This document shows, one piece after another, positions 29,300-40,440 of a stretch of 64,000 bases of DNA. The position numbers and the translations under genes were made by a program. Within the stretch, counting starts at the first letter, position 1. Every line of letters begins with the position of its first letter. The stretch covers positions 320,001 to 384,000 of the forward strand of contig JBMNIW010000001.1 of assembly GCA_050951325.1 (NCBI GenBank), given 5' to 3'. Source of the DNA: Clostridia bacterium (GTDB lineage: Bacteria > Bacillota > Clostridia > UBA1212 > DUPL01). Under the pieces are notes generated by a model, which worked only from the letters and a program-made list of their open reading frames with translations, was not told the DNA's origin and searched no databases.

Positions 29300-31761
29300 T
29301 TATTTTTTCTCCAGAATATATACGCTGAGATTTCTTTGACCACCCTCTGTTTCACTCAGGAATGTGTATTTGGCTCTGTGTCCCACTGATATGATTTCAA
29401 CGGTGTGAGTAACAGTCGTAGTGCCGTTTTGGTAAGTAATTTCATAGCGTGTATCACTGAATTTTTCCAGAACATGCTCAGTCAGATAAGGGTCGCTGTA
29501 ACTTTTCAGAGTCAAGCTTGGTCCGTTGTAATGTAACCATACCTCGGCAGAGGGCTTTTCCCAAGGTTCGTAGTCCTCTTTTTTATCTATTTGCATCATG
29601 CCTTCTCCCGGAATAAACAATTCAGCCCGGATCATATAAGAGGAATAATCCCCGGAAATGCTGTTAAGTATATCGTCCTTATTTCCTTTTGGCTTAGCTT
29701 TAACAAGGATAGTATATAACGGTTCGCCGGAATATTCACCCGAATAGGACCCTGAGAGGGAAAAGCTGGCTATCACATCTGGCTTCTTTTTGCTCAGCAA
29801 GTCCTCTTTATATTGATAAAGCCAGATTTTTGACGGTGATTCCAACGCCTCATAATCAGATTTTTGAAAGCGGAGTATGCATTTGCCTGTGTTATCGAAC
29901 ATCGCAAGCATATCTTCCAGTTCAACATGCATATCCTTCGGATATTCGAGTACAGCATACCAGCCGGCAAAAGCCTTTGGATTGGTGTTATCTAATGATA
30001 CTATGGTGGCATCGTACCATGGATTTGCCTCCTTAACCGGTTCCTTTGTAACGGGAGGAACGCTTGTCGGGGTGCTGCTATCGGTGTCTTCACTTGAGGC
30101 TGGTTCAGTTTCTTCGGTTTGGTTCACTTTCCGAGGTTCCAATACTACTGTCTGAGTGTTTTCGGAGAAAGACTTTAAGGTTACAGATTTCAGCTTTTTG
30201 CCGCTTTTTATATCGGCAGATGTCCGATACAGCTCCAGTGTCATCGGAAAACCTGCTTTAAGGTGCGCCAGCAGGGTGAAGGTTATTGTGCCGCCGCCGT
30301 CGCTGTTTAATTTGCCCGTCCACGATGATGGATCGGCCGTAGAGGAAAGGGGTGCTAAACGCGCGTAACAGCCCGCCCAGGTGGATTTCTCACCTTTGTC
30401 CTTATCTTCCTGAATTATAATTGAAAACTTCGTATTATAAAAATCAGCTAATTTGTTGTATTCCTTTTCTCGTTCAATTAAGCTGTCCAAATACATATTT
30501 CGGCACATTGTGCGGAATACCGAGTTTAAATATTCATAAAGATGTGATTTATGAATCGCCGAAATATTTTCTCTGTCTTTTTTCACGGGCCACGGGTATT
30601 TTGACAATTTCCCGTTTTTTTCATAGGCATCAATCCAGGATTCCCAATCTGTCCCCGCAACAGTCCAATATTCATTTGCATAACGGTCGATTTCCGCTCT
30701 CATCATGTCCAGTACCAGCTGCGGATTATCCTTGTTCTTTTTATAATAGGATTCAAAAAGCGTCCACCAATCGTTCAGAGTCCGGCTATTTTCTTTGCGT
30801 TTATAGTAAGCGTCATACATGTTTTTCGTGCTTTTGTATTTATTGGCTACCGCAAAAGTTTGAACATCGGATAAAGCAAGATCAATCATCCCGACACTTA
30901 AATATGCCAGCTTGATAGAAGGTGTTGCAAAGTTGATCGCTATGTCCAGACTGGATTTTACGGCGGTGAAAGTCGTTTCGGCAGATCGAAGAAGCCGTTG
31001 TTGTAAGCATCGCAGGCCAGCTGCGCGCAGGCGGTGCTGACGCCAAGGCCCGACATGGAATTTTGAAAGGGCTTTGGTTACCCAAGCATCATACGCCTCT
31101 CCCACGTGAAAAAAAGGTATGTGCGTTAGCGGCAGCAAAATATCTGAGCGTACCGGTGGTTTCCAAAAAAGCGGCGGCAGCATTCTCCTGCCATGAGTCG
31201 CCTTGCTGCGGCAAAGGCCTGTAATACTGCCCTGTGCCCGGGAATGCAGGTCATGTATGCGGCATAGACGTTGACTTCAGAGATGTATTCGCTGCGTTTG
31301 CCGGGATTGGTAATCTTGAATACGCCGTAGGTGGAAAGGTGATTTGTTATAATATGTACCTTATTGGCTTCTGTGTCCACCGTGTAGAAAACATCCTCCC
31401 ACTCATTCGTCTCTTGGTTTAAATACTTGCCGCAGACCGAAAGAATTTCATCTTCTTTTTTCAACCCCTTATCGCTGTATGGGATGATGATTTCAATCGC
31501 TCCATCGGGTTGACCGGAGGAGAGCTTAAAGTCGTATGCAAAAATCTCCACATCGTTATCGACAGAAGCGGGTGTTACCTTCTCAATAATCACCTCATCG
31601 CCTTGCTCCAGCTCATATCCAAAATTAATATACGGTTCACTGAGGGAAGATGATGGTTTTTCCTTACGAAATATAAAACAATAAGCAACTATGCTGATTA
31701 CCGTAATCGCTGCAAGACAGATTGCGACGGCGCGTAAAGTAGTCTTCTGGAAAATGTTCAT
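29300..31761 (-). pseudogene. Large secreted/anchored protein split by several frameshifts (paralog of 31786-33936 N-terminus)
   Basis: ORFs 31126-31761 and 29300-31183 overlap; plausible protein switches frame repeatedly in ~30980-31250; HLSTY matches HFSSY in the neighbour. Confidence 0.65.
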
Positions 31762-31785
31762 TTTATCCTCCTTACTGCTTCCTTC

Positions 31786-33936
31786 TTATGACATATGCCA
31801 TTCATACTCGTAGGCAGTTGTTACCAAGTTGTTTCCGCCGCTCATGCTGATAAGGATATAGACTTTATCTCCATTAGCAGAGCCGCTCGGCATTTCGCCG
31901 CCAACGGTGAGTTCTCCTCCTACATATCCTGTATTTGTATCGTTCTTATTTGTACTCACACGGGATTTTTGGGGATTTTCAACTACTTCCCATAAATCCA
32001 TGTTTGTGCCGTAGCTAACAAACGGATCGTCATGGTTTACGGGCGTTATGCTTGCTCCCAACGAAGCGCCAAGATGAAAGCAGATATTAGGCGATGTTTC
32101 TGCCGATATTTTTAAATCGATTGTGACCTTCTCGCCACCTAAATAACTATCCTTCGGTGAACTTGCAGTTCCAGAATTATTGACAAATTCACCGTGACAG
32201 TCGTCGTGCGTGCTTGCTGTATACCAATGATGCCCGATAAACTTGCAGTTGTAGGAGTAGCTTCCACCACCACCGCTCCATGAAGATAAATAGTTTTCAT
32301 CAGCCGCGCTTTGTTCGTATTCATTCTCAAACGACCGAACTAATTTCCAATAACCCTCCGTCGCTTCTCCGGCTTTTTTCAGATACCCCTTCTCGCGCAT
32401 CCAGTCATAGAATTTCGCCCTGTCCTTGCCGCAGCTGAGCCACTTGGCGATTGCTATGCTCAAATTAACTTCACGGTCTTTTTCACTGCCGAAAACAGAT
32501 ATATCTCCGCCCACCATTTTCAAAATTACTTGTCGAATGGTAAAGAGCGACCGCAGCCGCTGCTCAACGGTCATTTCATATTTATATCCGTACTCAAGGC
32601 GGTTGAGTAGGTTGACGTCCTTAAAAGTCTGAATAATCTTCTCATATTCCGCCGCTTTTTGAGCAATCTGTTTCTCGTTTGCAAGCCTTGCATCAAATTG
32701 CTTTCGCAACTCGGCATCAACCTGCGTCTCAAGCGTCCTTACCTCGTCGTCGGTCAGTTTGCTCTTTCCGTGAAGCTTGCGATACGCCTCCTTCTTTTCG
32801 CTCAAAAGTCTGTTATAATACCCACGCATTTGGATTGTCAACGTTTCCCAGTCACCGGAGTTAAGCGTATAGCCGTAGGCCCCTTTCTTTGCAAGCCCTG
32901 CATAAGCCTTGTAAGCGCACTCCAGTTCATAATCCTTCCACGCCATAATACCTTGCTCGGTCGCCGCAATACCCAAATCTGCCACTGATTTTAAGGTACC
33001 AACCCCGGTACCATAACCCATTAAACTGACTCCTAAATCGGTGAACTCAACTAGCGCGGTTTTGTAGTCCCCGTTATTCAACGCCTCTGTTCCTTCAATT
33101 AAGGTGCCTATGTTTCCTAACCCCACCATCAGGCTCTCCTTAACAAGTGGATTTTCCTGAACCATTTCAATGGTGGCTTCGGCAAGAAGCTCTCCGCATT
33201 TATAGGCCAATGCCTGCATATCGGCTTCTGCCGCCAGTTCCCGCGTCGTCGGGACTATATTCATATCCAACACACGGTCAATGATTATTTCACGCATCTC
33301 GCTGGCATACAGACCAATCCCATCAAAATAATCATTGCACACTGCCTTTACCTTTTCAATGTAAGTCGGATCTTCATTCTCGTTGCTCCAATTTTCAACT
33401 GCCATCTTCTGGGCATACAGCTTGATTTGTTCCTCTCTGTTCATCAGCTTGCCGCCGTAGGATGAAAAATGCCAGGTTTCAAACTCCAGATACCCCTCGG
33501 ACAGGCGAACAGGGTCGGGGATAATTGGCTCCCACTCGCCGCCGTTCCAATATGTCATGACCGTTCGGTCAAAGCTCTCGGCATCCGGAAGGTTTTTCTT
33601 ATTGAGTTTCATTGTGATTTTTACCGGTTCGTTTAACCGCACGTTTTCCATACCTTCAATACTTATATCAATTGGTAAAGCAAGAAAACTATCCTTTGCA
33701 GCGTCATAAGCCTCGCCGCTTCCCACTTTGGTCACATTAACTTTTACGTCCTCGTCGAAACAGTTCTTTGGAATGGTTAGACTCCAACCATCTTTCTTTA
33801 GATTTCCAATTTTCGTTTCTTTATTGGTGACAACTGTGGTTGAACCAAAGCCGCTTTTTCCACATCCGGAAAACCCTGCCATAGCCGACAACAACATTAC
33901 AGCAGTCAGAATAAGGGACAATAATCTTCGTTTCAT
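31786..33936 (-). CDS. Large lipoprotein with ZU5-like N-terminal domain
   Basis: Signal peptide with FSGC lipobox; LTIPKNCF...PVKITM...YWNGGEW...ETWHFSSY resembles ZU5. Confidence 0.7.
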   Translation of the reverse strand: MKRRLLSLILTAVMLLSAMAGFSGCGKSGFGSTTVVTNKETKIGNLKKDGWSLTIPKNCFDEDVKVNVTKVGSGEAYDAAKDSFLALPIDISIEGMENVRLNEPVKITMKLNKKNLPDAESFDRTVMTYWNGGEWEPIIPDPVRLSEGYLEFETWHFSSYGGKLMNREEQIKLYAQKMAVENWSNENEDPTYIEKVKAVCNDYFDGIGLYASEMREIIIDRVLDMNIVPTTRELAAEADMQALAYKCGELLAEATIEMVQENPLVKESLMVGLGNIGTLIEGTEALNNGDYKTALVEFTDLGVSLMGYGTGVGTLKSVADLGIAATEQGIMAWKDYELECAYKAYAGLAKKGAYGYTLNSGDWETLTIQMRGYYNRLLSEKKEAYRKLHGKSKLTDDEVRTLETQVDAELRKQFDARLANEKQIAQKAAEYEKIIQTFKDVNLLNRLEYGYKYEMTVEQRLRSLFTIRQVILKMVGGDISVFGSEKDREVNLSIAIAKWLSCGKDRAKFYDWMREKGYLKKAGEATEGYWKLVRSFENEYEQSAADENYLSSWSGGGGSYSYNCKFIGHHWYTASTHDDCHGEFVNNSGTASSPKDSYLGGEKVTIDLKISAETSPNICFHLGASLGASITPVNHDDPFVSYGTNMDLWEVVENPQKSRVSTNKNDTNTGYVGGELTVGGEMPSGSANGDKVYILISMSGGNNLVTTAYEYEWHMS

Positions 33937-33957
33937 TGTGTAAATCCTCCTTAAAAT

Positions 33958-34533
33958 TTATTCAACCGTGAATTTGAACACTAAATCCGGCGGCACATTG
34001 ACAAATCCGGCGTAATAATGCATGGTAATCTCGCTTTTGTCGGCTTGATACTGATATATCATCCAGCCGCTGGTGGATTCACCGGGTGCCAGGTCAACTC
34101 TTGACATATATCTTTCATTGCGGTCAGCGACTTCAAGCATAACCTGTGAATTTTCCTCCGATTTCATATCGCTGTCATCACCTGTGGCCCCCTCGGTATA
34201 CACAATATACAATGCCTTCGCCTTTGGTGATTCTATCGTTTCGTCCGAAATATTTTTAAAGGTAAACCATACTTTGATATATTCAAAGCCGTCCTTTGCT
34301 TTTTCAAGAGTGGTATTCGCTTCGGCTACTGCAACTTTATCAATTGTGATAGAAAGTCCGTTTGCTTCTGCCGCTTCACCGATACCATACACCTTTGCTT
34401 CTTCTTTTTTTGAGTTATCGGACGTTGTGCTGCCGCCTGTGGGCGTAGAGCTTTCCGATGGCGATTCACCGTCGCAAGCGGCGAGGGAAATCATCATCAT
34501 AAGTGTTAGAAAGAATGTAATAAACTTTTTCAT
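33958..34533 (-). CDS. DUF4352-like lipoprotein
   Basis: LAAC lipobox, Ser/Thr linker, FKNISDE, LAPGESTSGW. Confidence 0.75.
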   Translation of the reverse strand: MKKFITFFLTLMMMISLAACDGESPSESSTPTGGSTTSDNSKKEEAKVYGIGEAAEANGLSITIDKVAVAEANTTLEKAKDGFEYIKVWFTFKNISDETIESPKAKALYIVYTEGATGDDSDMKSEENSQVMLEVADRNERYMSRVDLAPGESTSGWMIYQYQADKSEITMHYYAGFVNVPPDLVFKFTVE

Positions 34534-34569
34534 CGTGTTCCTCCATTATTCAGATATAATTTTAATGGA

Positions 34570-35088
34570 TTACCAACCGCTGATACTGGCAGACACACCG
34601 GTTTCATGCCAAAATTTCTGATTTATCTCCAGTATTAACGCTTGTTCGTTCATACCGTGCAAGAGCTCAATGCGCATTCTCCTGGTCGCATCTCCAAAGG
34701 TCAGTATTATCCGTTGTCTGTCAATCTCAATAGCGTTCAAGCAAACACCGTGAACTCCATCAAGACCCCATCGGTATATTTCTGTACCAATGAGAATACC
34801 GAAGGTAGAAATCACAGTCACCTCTGCATGATTCTCGCTTGTATTACCTGCTGCAGGCAAAACAGCCGGCACAACATAAAGTATACGATTATCCCAGATG
34901 AGGGTCGCATCATAAAGTAACCTGCTTTGTTTTACAAGCAAAACGAGAAAAGTTATACAAACAATACCAATAGCAATGGCCACTTCTGCTTTTGCTCTAA
35001 CACCAAGCCAGGCTGCAGGCAATGTATAACTTGATAAAAACAAGCCATATATATTTCGTATCCTTCGCATAGCCTTTATTTGCATCAT
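34570..35088 (-). CDS. Hypothetical membrane protein
   Basis: Two N-terminal TM helices; GGAGG SD. Confidence 0.7.
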   Translation of the reverse strand: MMQIKAMRRIRNIYGLFLSSYTLPAAWLGVRAKAEVAIAIGIVCITFLVLLVKQSRLLYDATLIWDNRILYVVPAVLPAAGNTSENHAEVTVISTFGILIGTEIYRWGLDGVHGVCLNAIEIDRQRIILTFGDATRRMRIELLHGMNEQALILEINQKFWHETGVSASISGW

Positions 35089-35131
35089 ACCACCTCCAAT
35101 AAAACATTAAGCAAGAATGCATCAAAAGACA

Positions 35132-35147
35132 TCATCCAAAAGGATGA
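35132..35147. promoter_or_regulatory. Probable operator of the membrane LuxR regulator
   Basis: Inverted repeat TCATCC-AAAA-GGATGA upstream of the lipoprotein operon. Confidence 0.55.
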
Positions 35148-35164
35148 ATTTATTGAAAAACGCA

Positions 35165-35196
35165 AAAAACCTCTAATCCTTTCGGATTAGAGGTTA
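35165..35196 (-). terminator. Intrinsic terminator after luxR
   Basis: AACCTCTAATCC-TTTC-GGATTAGAGGTT with A-run on the left. Confidence 0.8.
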
Positions 35197-35220
35197 ATTA
35201 AACCCTGCATTATGCAAATA

Positions 35221-36633
35221 TCATCCATCGGTTTGGTTTTTCAGCAGTATGCTGATAAGCTCTGCACGGCTTGAAACATCGTATTTGGAGAATATACTTC
35301 TTGCGTGTGTCTTAACGGTATTCTCGCTTATGTACAAAACCTCTGCAATTTCGCGGTTGGATTTGCCCATGAGAAGAAGCTGCAATACCTCCTGCTCTCG
35401 AGCAGTCAGAGGGTCAAGAGTTTTTATCTGATTAACATTGTTTGTCTGCTGTGTCTGACTCATATTGTCATAGGCGGCAAGGTAGGCGTGGCTTTTCAAA
35501 AGCAAAACGAGCTGCTGGTTCAGCGGCGTCAGTATAACCAGTGTAACACAAACCACACTAAGAGCTATCACCGCCACCTCTGCGCCGGGCAGCTTTATAG
35601 ATGTTACGACCATTCCCAAAACCCCTCCGCTAAGGACACCAAATACATTTGCGGAAAGCCCAACGCCAAAAATATGTGCAGGGTTACTACTGTAATCCAG
35701 CATTTCTCCAAGGATACTCCACCAGAACAGGTCAAAAATACCGCAAGCACCAAGCATCAGCGTATCCACAATAAGATAATCAACAGTTTTGCGCCCAAGC
35801 AGCATAAAGCAGATAAACGCTCCCATAATCATGGCCATTCCGACATACATAATTCTGGAACGGTTTGCTTTCGTAGGCAGGTTGCGCATGATAGCAAGTA
35901 CCACAATATACGGCAAGGCCCAATACCAGCTCACCAGTCCTGTCAGATGGTCAAAAGCAGGATTGATAACCTCATACATCAGCCCGGAATTGATCGTAAT
36001 GATGAAGACAAAAAGACACAACAGCAGTAACGGCTTTAAAATGCTGACAGAAGTCTTGTTAATTGATGCTTTGTTCTGCTCAACAACCTTTACCACCGGA
36101 AGCATGAATATGAAAATCATGCCGATAATCAGGCAAAGCACAGCCAGGCTTAATCCAATAAACGGTGAGCGATTCATTGCTACCACGTTTACTGCAATCA
36201 TCAGCAGATTGGAATAAATAAGGACATCAGCACAGGACTTTATGCGTTCGGTCTTGGGGGTAAAAGCTCTAAGGAAAAATCCCCATGCCGCCACTGAACA
36301 GCCGCTAAAGTATGCACTAAAAATCAATCCTCCCAGCCACAGAAAAGAGGGAGTAAAGAAGAAGGGTACGGTAGCAGCAAGACAAACACCCATGCCAGCG
36401 AGCATCATGTTTTTGGCAGATTTCAGAGTTCTGATAAACAGACCACAGGTGAGAAGTCCAAGAAAATGAGCAATCATGGAAGCCAATACGTAAGTAGAGC
36501 CGTTAACCCCATGCCTTTCCAGCAGGATATAAAGTATCTGTCCCTCAAACAGAAAAGACAGCAGATACGCAAAGGAAAATGAAAATGCCGCAATGGAAAG
36601 CCTGCGGGGATTCAATAATTTATGTCCGTTCAT
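35221..36633 (-). CDS. Multi-TM (MFS-like) sensor fused to LuxR HTH
   Basis: About 12 hydrophobic segments then LTAREQEVL...SNREIA...ENTVKTH. Confidence 0.88.
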   Translation of the reverse strand: MNGHKLLNPRRLSIAAFSFSFAYLLSFLFEGQILYILLERHGVNGSTYVLASMIAHFLGLLTCGLFIRTLKSAKNMMLAGMGVCLAATVPFFFTPSFLWLGGLIFSAYFSGCSVAAWGFFLRAFTPKTERIKSCADVLIYSNLLMIAVNVVAMNRSPFIGLSLAVLCLIIGMIFIFMLPVVKVVEQNKASINKTSVSILKPLLLLCLFVFIITINSGLMYEVINPAFDHLTGLVSWYWALPYIVVLAIMRNLPTKANRSRIMYVGMAMIMGAFICFMLLGRKTVDYLIVDTLMLGACGIFDLFWWSILGEMLDYSSNPAHIFGVGLSANVFGVLSGGVLGMVVTSIKLPGAEVAVIALSVVCVTLVILTPLNQQLVLLLKSHAYLAAYDNMSQTQQTNNVNQIKTLDPLTAREQEVLQLLLMGKSNREIAEVLYISENTVKTHARSIFSKYDVSSRAELISILLKNQTDG

Positions 36634-36859
36634 ATAATAATCTCCATCTCAACGAAGGTTAGTTCTAATTATACATTTGCAAAAATCATTTGTCAATTAG
36701 CAAGCTTTCTTTGCGTTTCTGCAGGTATAACAGACATTACATATTGCCAATTATCCCTCCAACATGTTCTTGCATACTAAAGTTAATTCCGATATGCCAC
36801 CTCTCTTCCAAAAAAAAAGCACATCATCTCCAACTTTAGGTCTGACACTTTCATCAAAA

Positions 36860-37220
36860 CTATTGCTTAGTTTTGCAGGAATTGTCCAAAATCATAAAAA
36901 ATCCGTCTTTTATCTTTATCTTGCGATATGAAGGAAACTCCAACTCCATCTGCTTTATTTCCTCTTCATCTTTGTCATATTCTCTATATACAGATCTTTC
37001 CACATACTTACCTCTAACAGAACAAAACACTTCCTCATCAAGCGGAAGACACATAAAAGCATCAAAGTTTCTGCCTTCTGAATCCGTAATGCCAAACTTG
37101 TCACAAGTGACAAAGCCTACCTTGGGGTAGTAGGTAGGTTCGCCAACAATAACAACTCCTGAATAACCAGCCTCTTTGTTAATCAACTGGTGTTTCACGC
37201 CTGATAATCAATTTGCTCAT
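36860..37220 (-). pseudogene. YhbS-like GNAT with internal deletion
   Basis: GGAGG SD + MSKLIIRRETPVD* is joined out of frame to KEAGYSGVVIVGEPTYYPKVGF; central motif A missing. Confidence 0.7.
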
Positions 37221-37288
37221 TATCTAACCTCCGATTTCACCCAATGCTTCTCTGATATGAGTTGCCACTTCTTAGTGCCTGAAAACAA

Positions 37289-37327
37289 ACAAGTCACTCT
37301 ACACAAATATTGCATAGAGTGACTTGT
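37289..37327. terminator. Hairpin/terminator
   Basis: ACAAGTCACTCTA...TAGAGTGACTTGT. Confidence 0.7.
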
Positions 37328-37350
37328 AAAGGTCAAATCATCATTTCAGC

Positions 37351-37914
37351 CTATTTCTTGTATCCACATTTTGGGCATACACCGTTCTCGTTCAATGTGA
37401 CTCCGCACAACGGACAGCGATCTAAATTCTTATTAGGCTCGTACTCTTCTGTAGCCCCATTTACTTCACTCGTAAATGTAATCTTCACGATGTTCAGCTT
37501 GTCCTTAAGAAGGTCATATACGATTTTAATCATCCCTTCTACTGTCATCGTTTCTTTTGTGACTTCCAAACGACACTCCGGATATGCAGTAGCAAGCTCC
37601 GTCTTAAAGGCAGGTCCTTTTTGCATGTTGTTTGGTGCACCATCCTTAATACCTTGTGCTTCATAAACACTGAGAATCGCAGGGAGCAACGGATCATCTT
37701 CTCTTAAAACCAACGCATGGTCGAAGTTCTGTAAGACTTCCCAAGCAATTTTATTGATTTCATTGCATGGATACACCATGTTGACACCCATGTTTACAGT
37801 ATCTTCAACCTCAATCGTCAGTATTCCCGTATGTCCGTGCAAATACTGTGCCTCGCCCTTGAACCCATAGAATCTGTGTGCATATTGCAGTTCTAATGTT
37901 GTGAAACTTCTCAT
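37351..37914 (-). CDS. QueD/PTPS-like T-fold protein with C-terminal zinc ribbon
   Basis: AHR, LHGH, FDHA, TVEG, TSE motifs; CPLC...CPKC. Confidence 0.8.
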   Translation of the reverse strand: MRSFTTLELQYAHRFYGFKGEAQYLHGHTGILTIEVEDTVNMGVNMVYPCNEINKIAWEVLQNFDHALVLREDDPLLPAILSVYEAQGIKDGAPNNMQKGPAFKTELATAYPECRLEVTKETMTVEGMIKIVYDLLKDKLNIVKITFTSEVNGATEEYEPNKNLDRCPLCGVTLNENGVCPKCGYKK

Positions 37915-37980
37915 ACAATTAATGCTAAGCTAAATGTACCATTTCTAATAGTAATATACAAACACCGTGGAAAATTTTTT

Positions 37981-38601
37981 CTAACTACACCTTTTTAAAT
38001 CAATATTGATGACATGTTCTGCCCACAATGAAATTGCTGCATTTGATCTTTCTGTGATTGCTTTATGGTAAAGCTGGTATCCAGTCTTATCGTAATCTCT
38101 CAAATACGAAATGGATCTTTTGCTTCCGAAGTAAAACAAATCTCGCAGCTGAAAATAATCGGCAAGGCTTTCAGATAGAAATGCAACTGCCCTGTAGTTT
38201 CCTTCATCATCGTTCTTTTCTGCTCTACGCATCGTCTTTTTTATCCAGGAAATGATAAACTGTTTTTCTTCCATTGAAGTAATGGAATGGTCTTTCACAT
38301 ACTCCTGAACTCTCGTCTTTAAGTTTTCAGCAATGTATTCTGTATCCAAAACAATATCCCCGTTAAAAACTGCGATAAATTTGTCAATATTCTTGCTCTG
38401 GATTTCCTTTTTGGTATATATAAAGCAGTCAAGCTGGATGCCGTTGATAACAGAATCATCATGCTTTCTGCTTTTTTCCTCTACTATGATCATACAGTCG
38501 AAATCACTGTATTCGTCATTTGTGCCGGACGCATAGGACCCATATACAACTATTGCCAGCGGGTTATATTCTTTTTTTAAATATTCAATAATCTTATACA
38601 T
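37981..38601 (-). CDS. Nucleotidyltransferase domain protein
   Basis: YGSYASG...SDFD pol-beta NTase motif. Confidence 0.85.
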   Translation of the reverse strand: MYKIIEYLKKEYNPLAIVVYGSYASGTNDEYSDFDCMIIVEEKSRKHDDSVINGIQLDCFIYTKKEIQSKNIDKFIAVFNGDIVLDTEYIAENLKTRVQEYVKDHSITSMEEKQFIISWIKKTMRRAEKNDDEGNYRAVAFLSESLADYFQLRDLFYFGSKRSISYLRDYDKTGYQLYHKAITERSNAAISLWAEHVINIDLKRCS

Positions 38602-38954
38602 TTACTCTAACTCCTAATATATTTTATCTCTATATATTTTTCATTTAAAAATGAATAGCAATTGTTTAAGTTGCATCAAAACCCTGCAATTAAGTACCAC
38701 ATTATGATTTTAAGTAGAATCCTGATAGTACTCATGTTTAATCTCCATTTCTGCGTATCTTATTTCCCAGAACAATGGTATAATGATTATTCCAAGGCAG
38801 CCAACCCATTAAACAACAATTACATATTTTCACCAGGATGGTCTATTCGGGAAAATATGAGACCAATTAATAAGATTGGCAGGATAAAACTCCAACTGCA
38901 TGGATGCTCACTTCCTTGCGTAAAAGGCGTTTTCAATTCCTTGTTTTTCCCCTT

Positions 38955-39419
38955 TTATTCTTTGAAATTGATGTATTTACTGATTATCTCACCATAGAAC
39001 CTCACAGCACCTTGAATTTCACTTTCAGTAGGATGCCCCTTGCTAATTCCACCAACAAGCTTGAAAGGTCCATATGTATCATATCCCTTGCAGTAATAAG
39101 TGCCAAGAACATTACAATTTTTCTTAGATAGAATTCTCTTTATGCTTTTTGCATAATCCGGCCCTGTTTTTCCGCAGGTATACATAAGAAAAACATTTTT
39201 GCCTTCAGGCATTTTATCTTTTGTTACTTGCAAAATTTCTTTGTAAAATCCGCCAAAGGCAACACCGGATGCAATACCAATAAGATCATATTCTTCCAGA
39301 GCAATAACATCTTCTTTTACATTGAGAAGTATGACATCTTGATATTCTTTCTTTATTTCATCACAAAGTCTTTTTGTATTTCCATGGTGCCAGGATTCAT
39401 ATAATATTGCTGTTTTCAT
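38955..39419 (-). CDS. Flavodoxin family protein
   Basis: YESWHHGNT, GIASG, GYDTYGPFKLVGG. Confidence 0.88.
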   Translation of the reverse strand: MKTAILYESWHHGNTKRLCDEIKKEYQDVILLNVKEDVIALEEYDLIGIASGVAFGGFYKEILQVTKDKMPEGKNVFLMYTCGKTGPDYAKSIKRILSKKNCNVLGTYYCKGYDTYGPFKLVGGISKGHPTESEIQGAVRFYGEIISKYINFKE

Positions 39420-39450
39420 CTTTATTCCCCCTATCCCTTGTTTCAAAAGT

Positions 39451-40374
39451 TTAATCAATGTATAAAAGCAAAGCCAAAACAGTATGATCAATTTTCATGT
39501 TTTCCTGTCGTCTCCAGTCATCGGATAGTTTCTGGCATTTAAAATTCTTGCCAAAGTTCCAAAAACCATCTTTATTCCTTTTGTCTTTCAGACAGCGTAG
39601 TTCTTCTTCAAATTCTTTTTTGAAGCAGGGAAATTTGGAAAGAAGTAAATACACCTTGTACAACTCAGAAAAATTGTTATCAAAGCCATGATTTAGTACA
39701 ACATTTGTATAGCGAACAACCTGTCCATTATGATGCAGCCATCTAAGGTAATTTAGTTTCAACTCATCACTTATTTCAGCTTGCATGTTGCCGAACAACT
39801 CAATAAGATATATTGAGTTGAGCCCAATATAACTTCCATCAATATCACAACCCAATAAATCTTTTGATATCTTGTTTGTTCTATCCTTGTTATACTCACC
39901 ATTCTCAAATGCTTCTTTTAAAATAGCATGCCAGCAATTGAAAATGTCCTTAAACTCCATGCAATTTGAACCAAATATTGAGAGTTTGGTTGCAACAAAC
40001 AAAGGTTGAGCAGATCTGTACCATCGATTTTTTTCAAATCCATCCGGCCAATCAATTTCATTCCTTAATATTTTCTCCATATAGTCACATGATTTATCAA
40101 CCAACGAATTGCCACGTCGAAGATCCAGCATTTTCATAGAATTAAGTGCTGTTTCTGTCGTTGAAAATTTCTGCTTTGTTTTTGAGTCGCGGGAATGAAA
40201 CCTTCCATATCCACCATCATCGAGCTGGTTTGCTTTCAATAATTCAACCCACTTGCTATTATAGAATTCAGTAAACAGTTCAGAGTCAATTTCTTGCTTG
40301 AGTATTCTTCTAATTCTGTATCTAACCGCAGCACAAGGAGATAATTCCTGAATTTGGTCAATTACGTTGAACAT
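39451..40374 (-). CDS. Hypothetical protein (alpha/alpha toroid, QW-repeat-like)
   Basis: QLDDGGYG and RNKDGFW motifs. Confidence 0.55.
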   Translation of the reverse strand: MFNVIDQIQELSPCAAVRYRIRRILKQEIDSELFTEFYNSKWVELLKANQLDDGGYGRFHSRDSKTKQKFSTTETALNSMKMLDLRRGNSLVDKSCDYMEKILRNEIDWPDGFEKNRWYRSAQPLFVATKLSIFGSNCMEFKDIFNCWHAILKEAFENGEYNKDRTNKISKDLLGCDIDGSYIGLNSIYLIELFGNMQAEISDELKLNYLRWLHHNGQVVRYTNVVLNHGFDNNFSELYKVYLLLSKFPCFKKEFEEELRCLKDKRNKDGFWNFGKNFKCQKLSDDWRRQENMKIDHTVLALLLYID

Positions 40375-40440
40375 GCTTAAGCCTACTTCCTTTCCTGGTC
40401 AAAACAACCACCAACAGCATTTACCATGCATGCATTGTAC

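Noticed and set aside
37981-38601. Nucleotidyltransferase as MNT antitoxin or CBASS cyclase
   Set aside because: No adjacent HEPN or effector gene; fits a stand-alone NTase common in accessory regions
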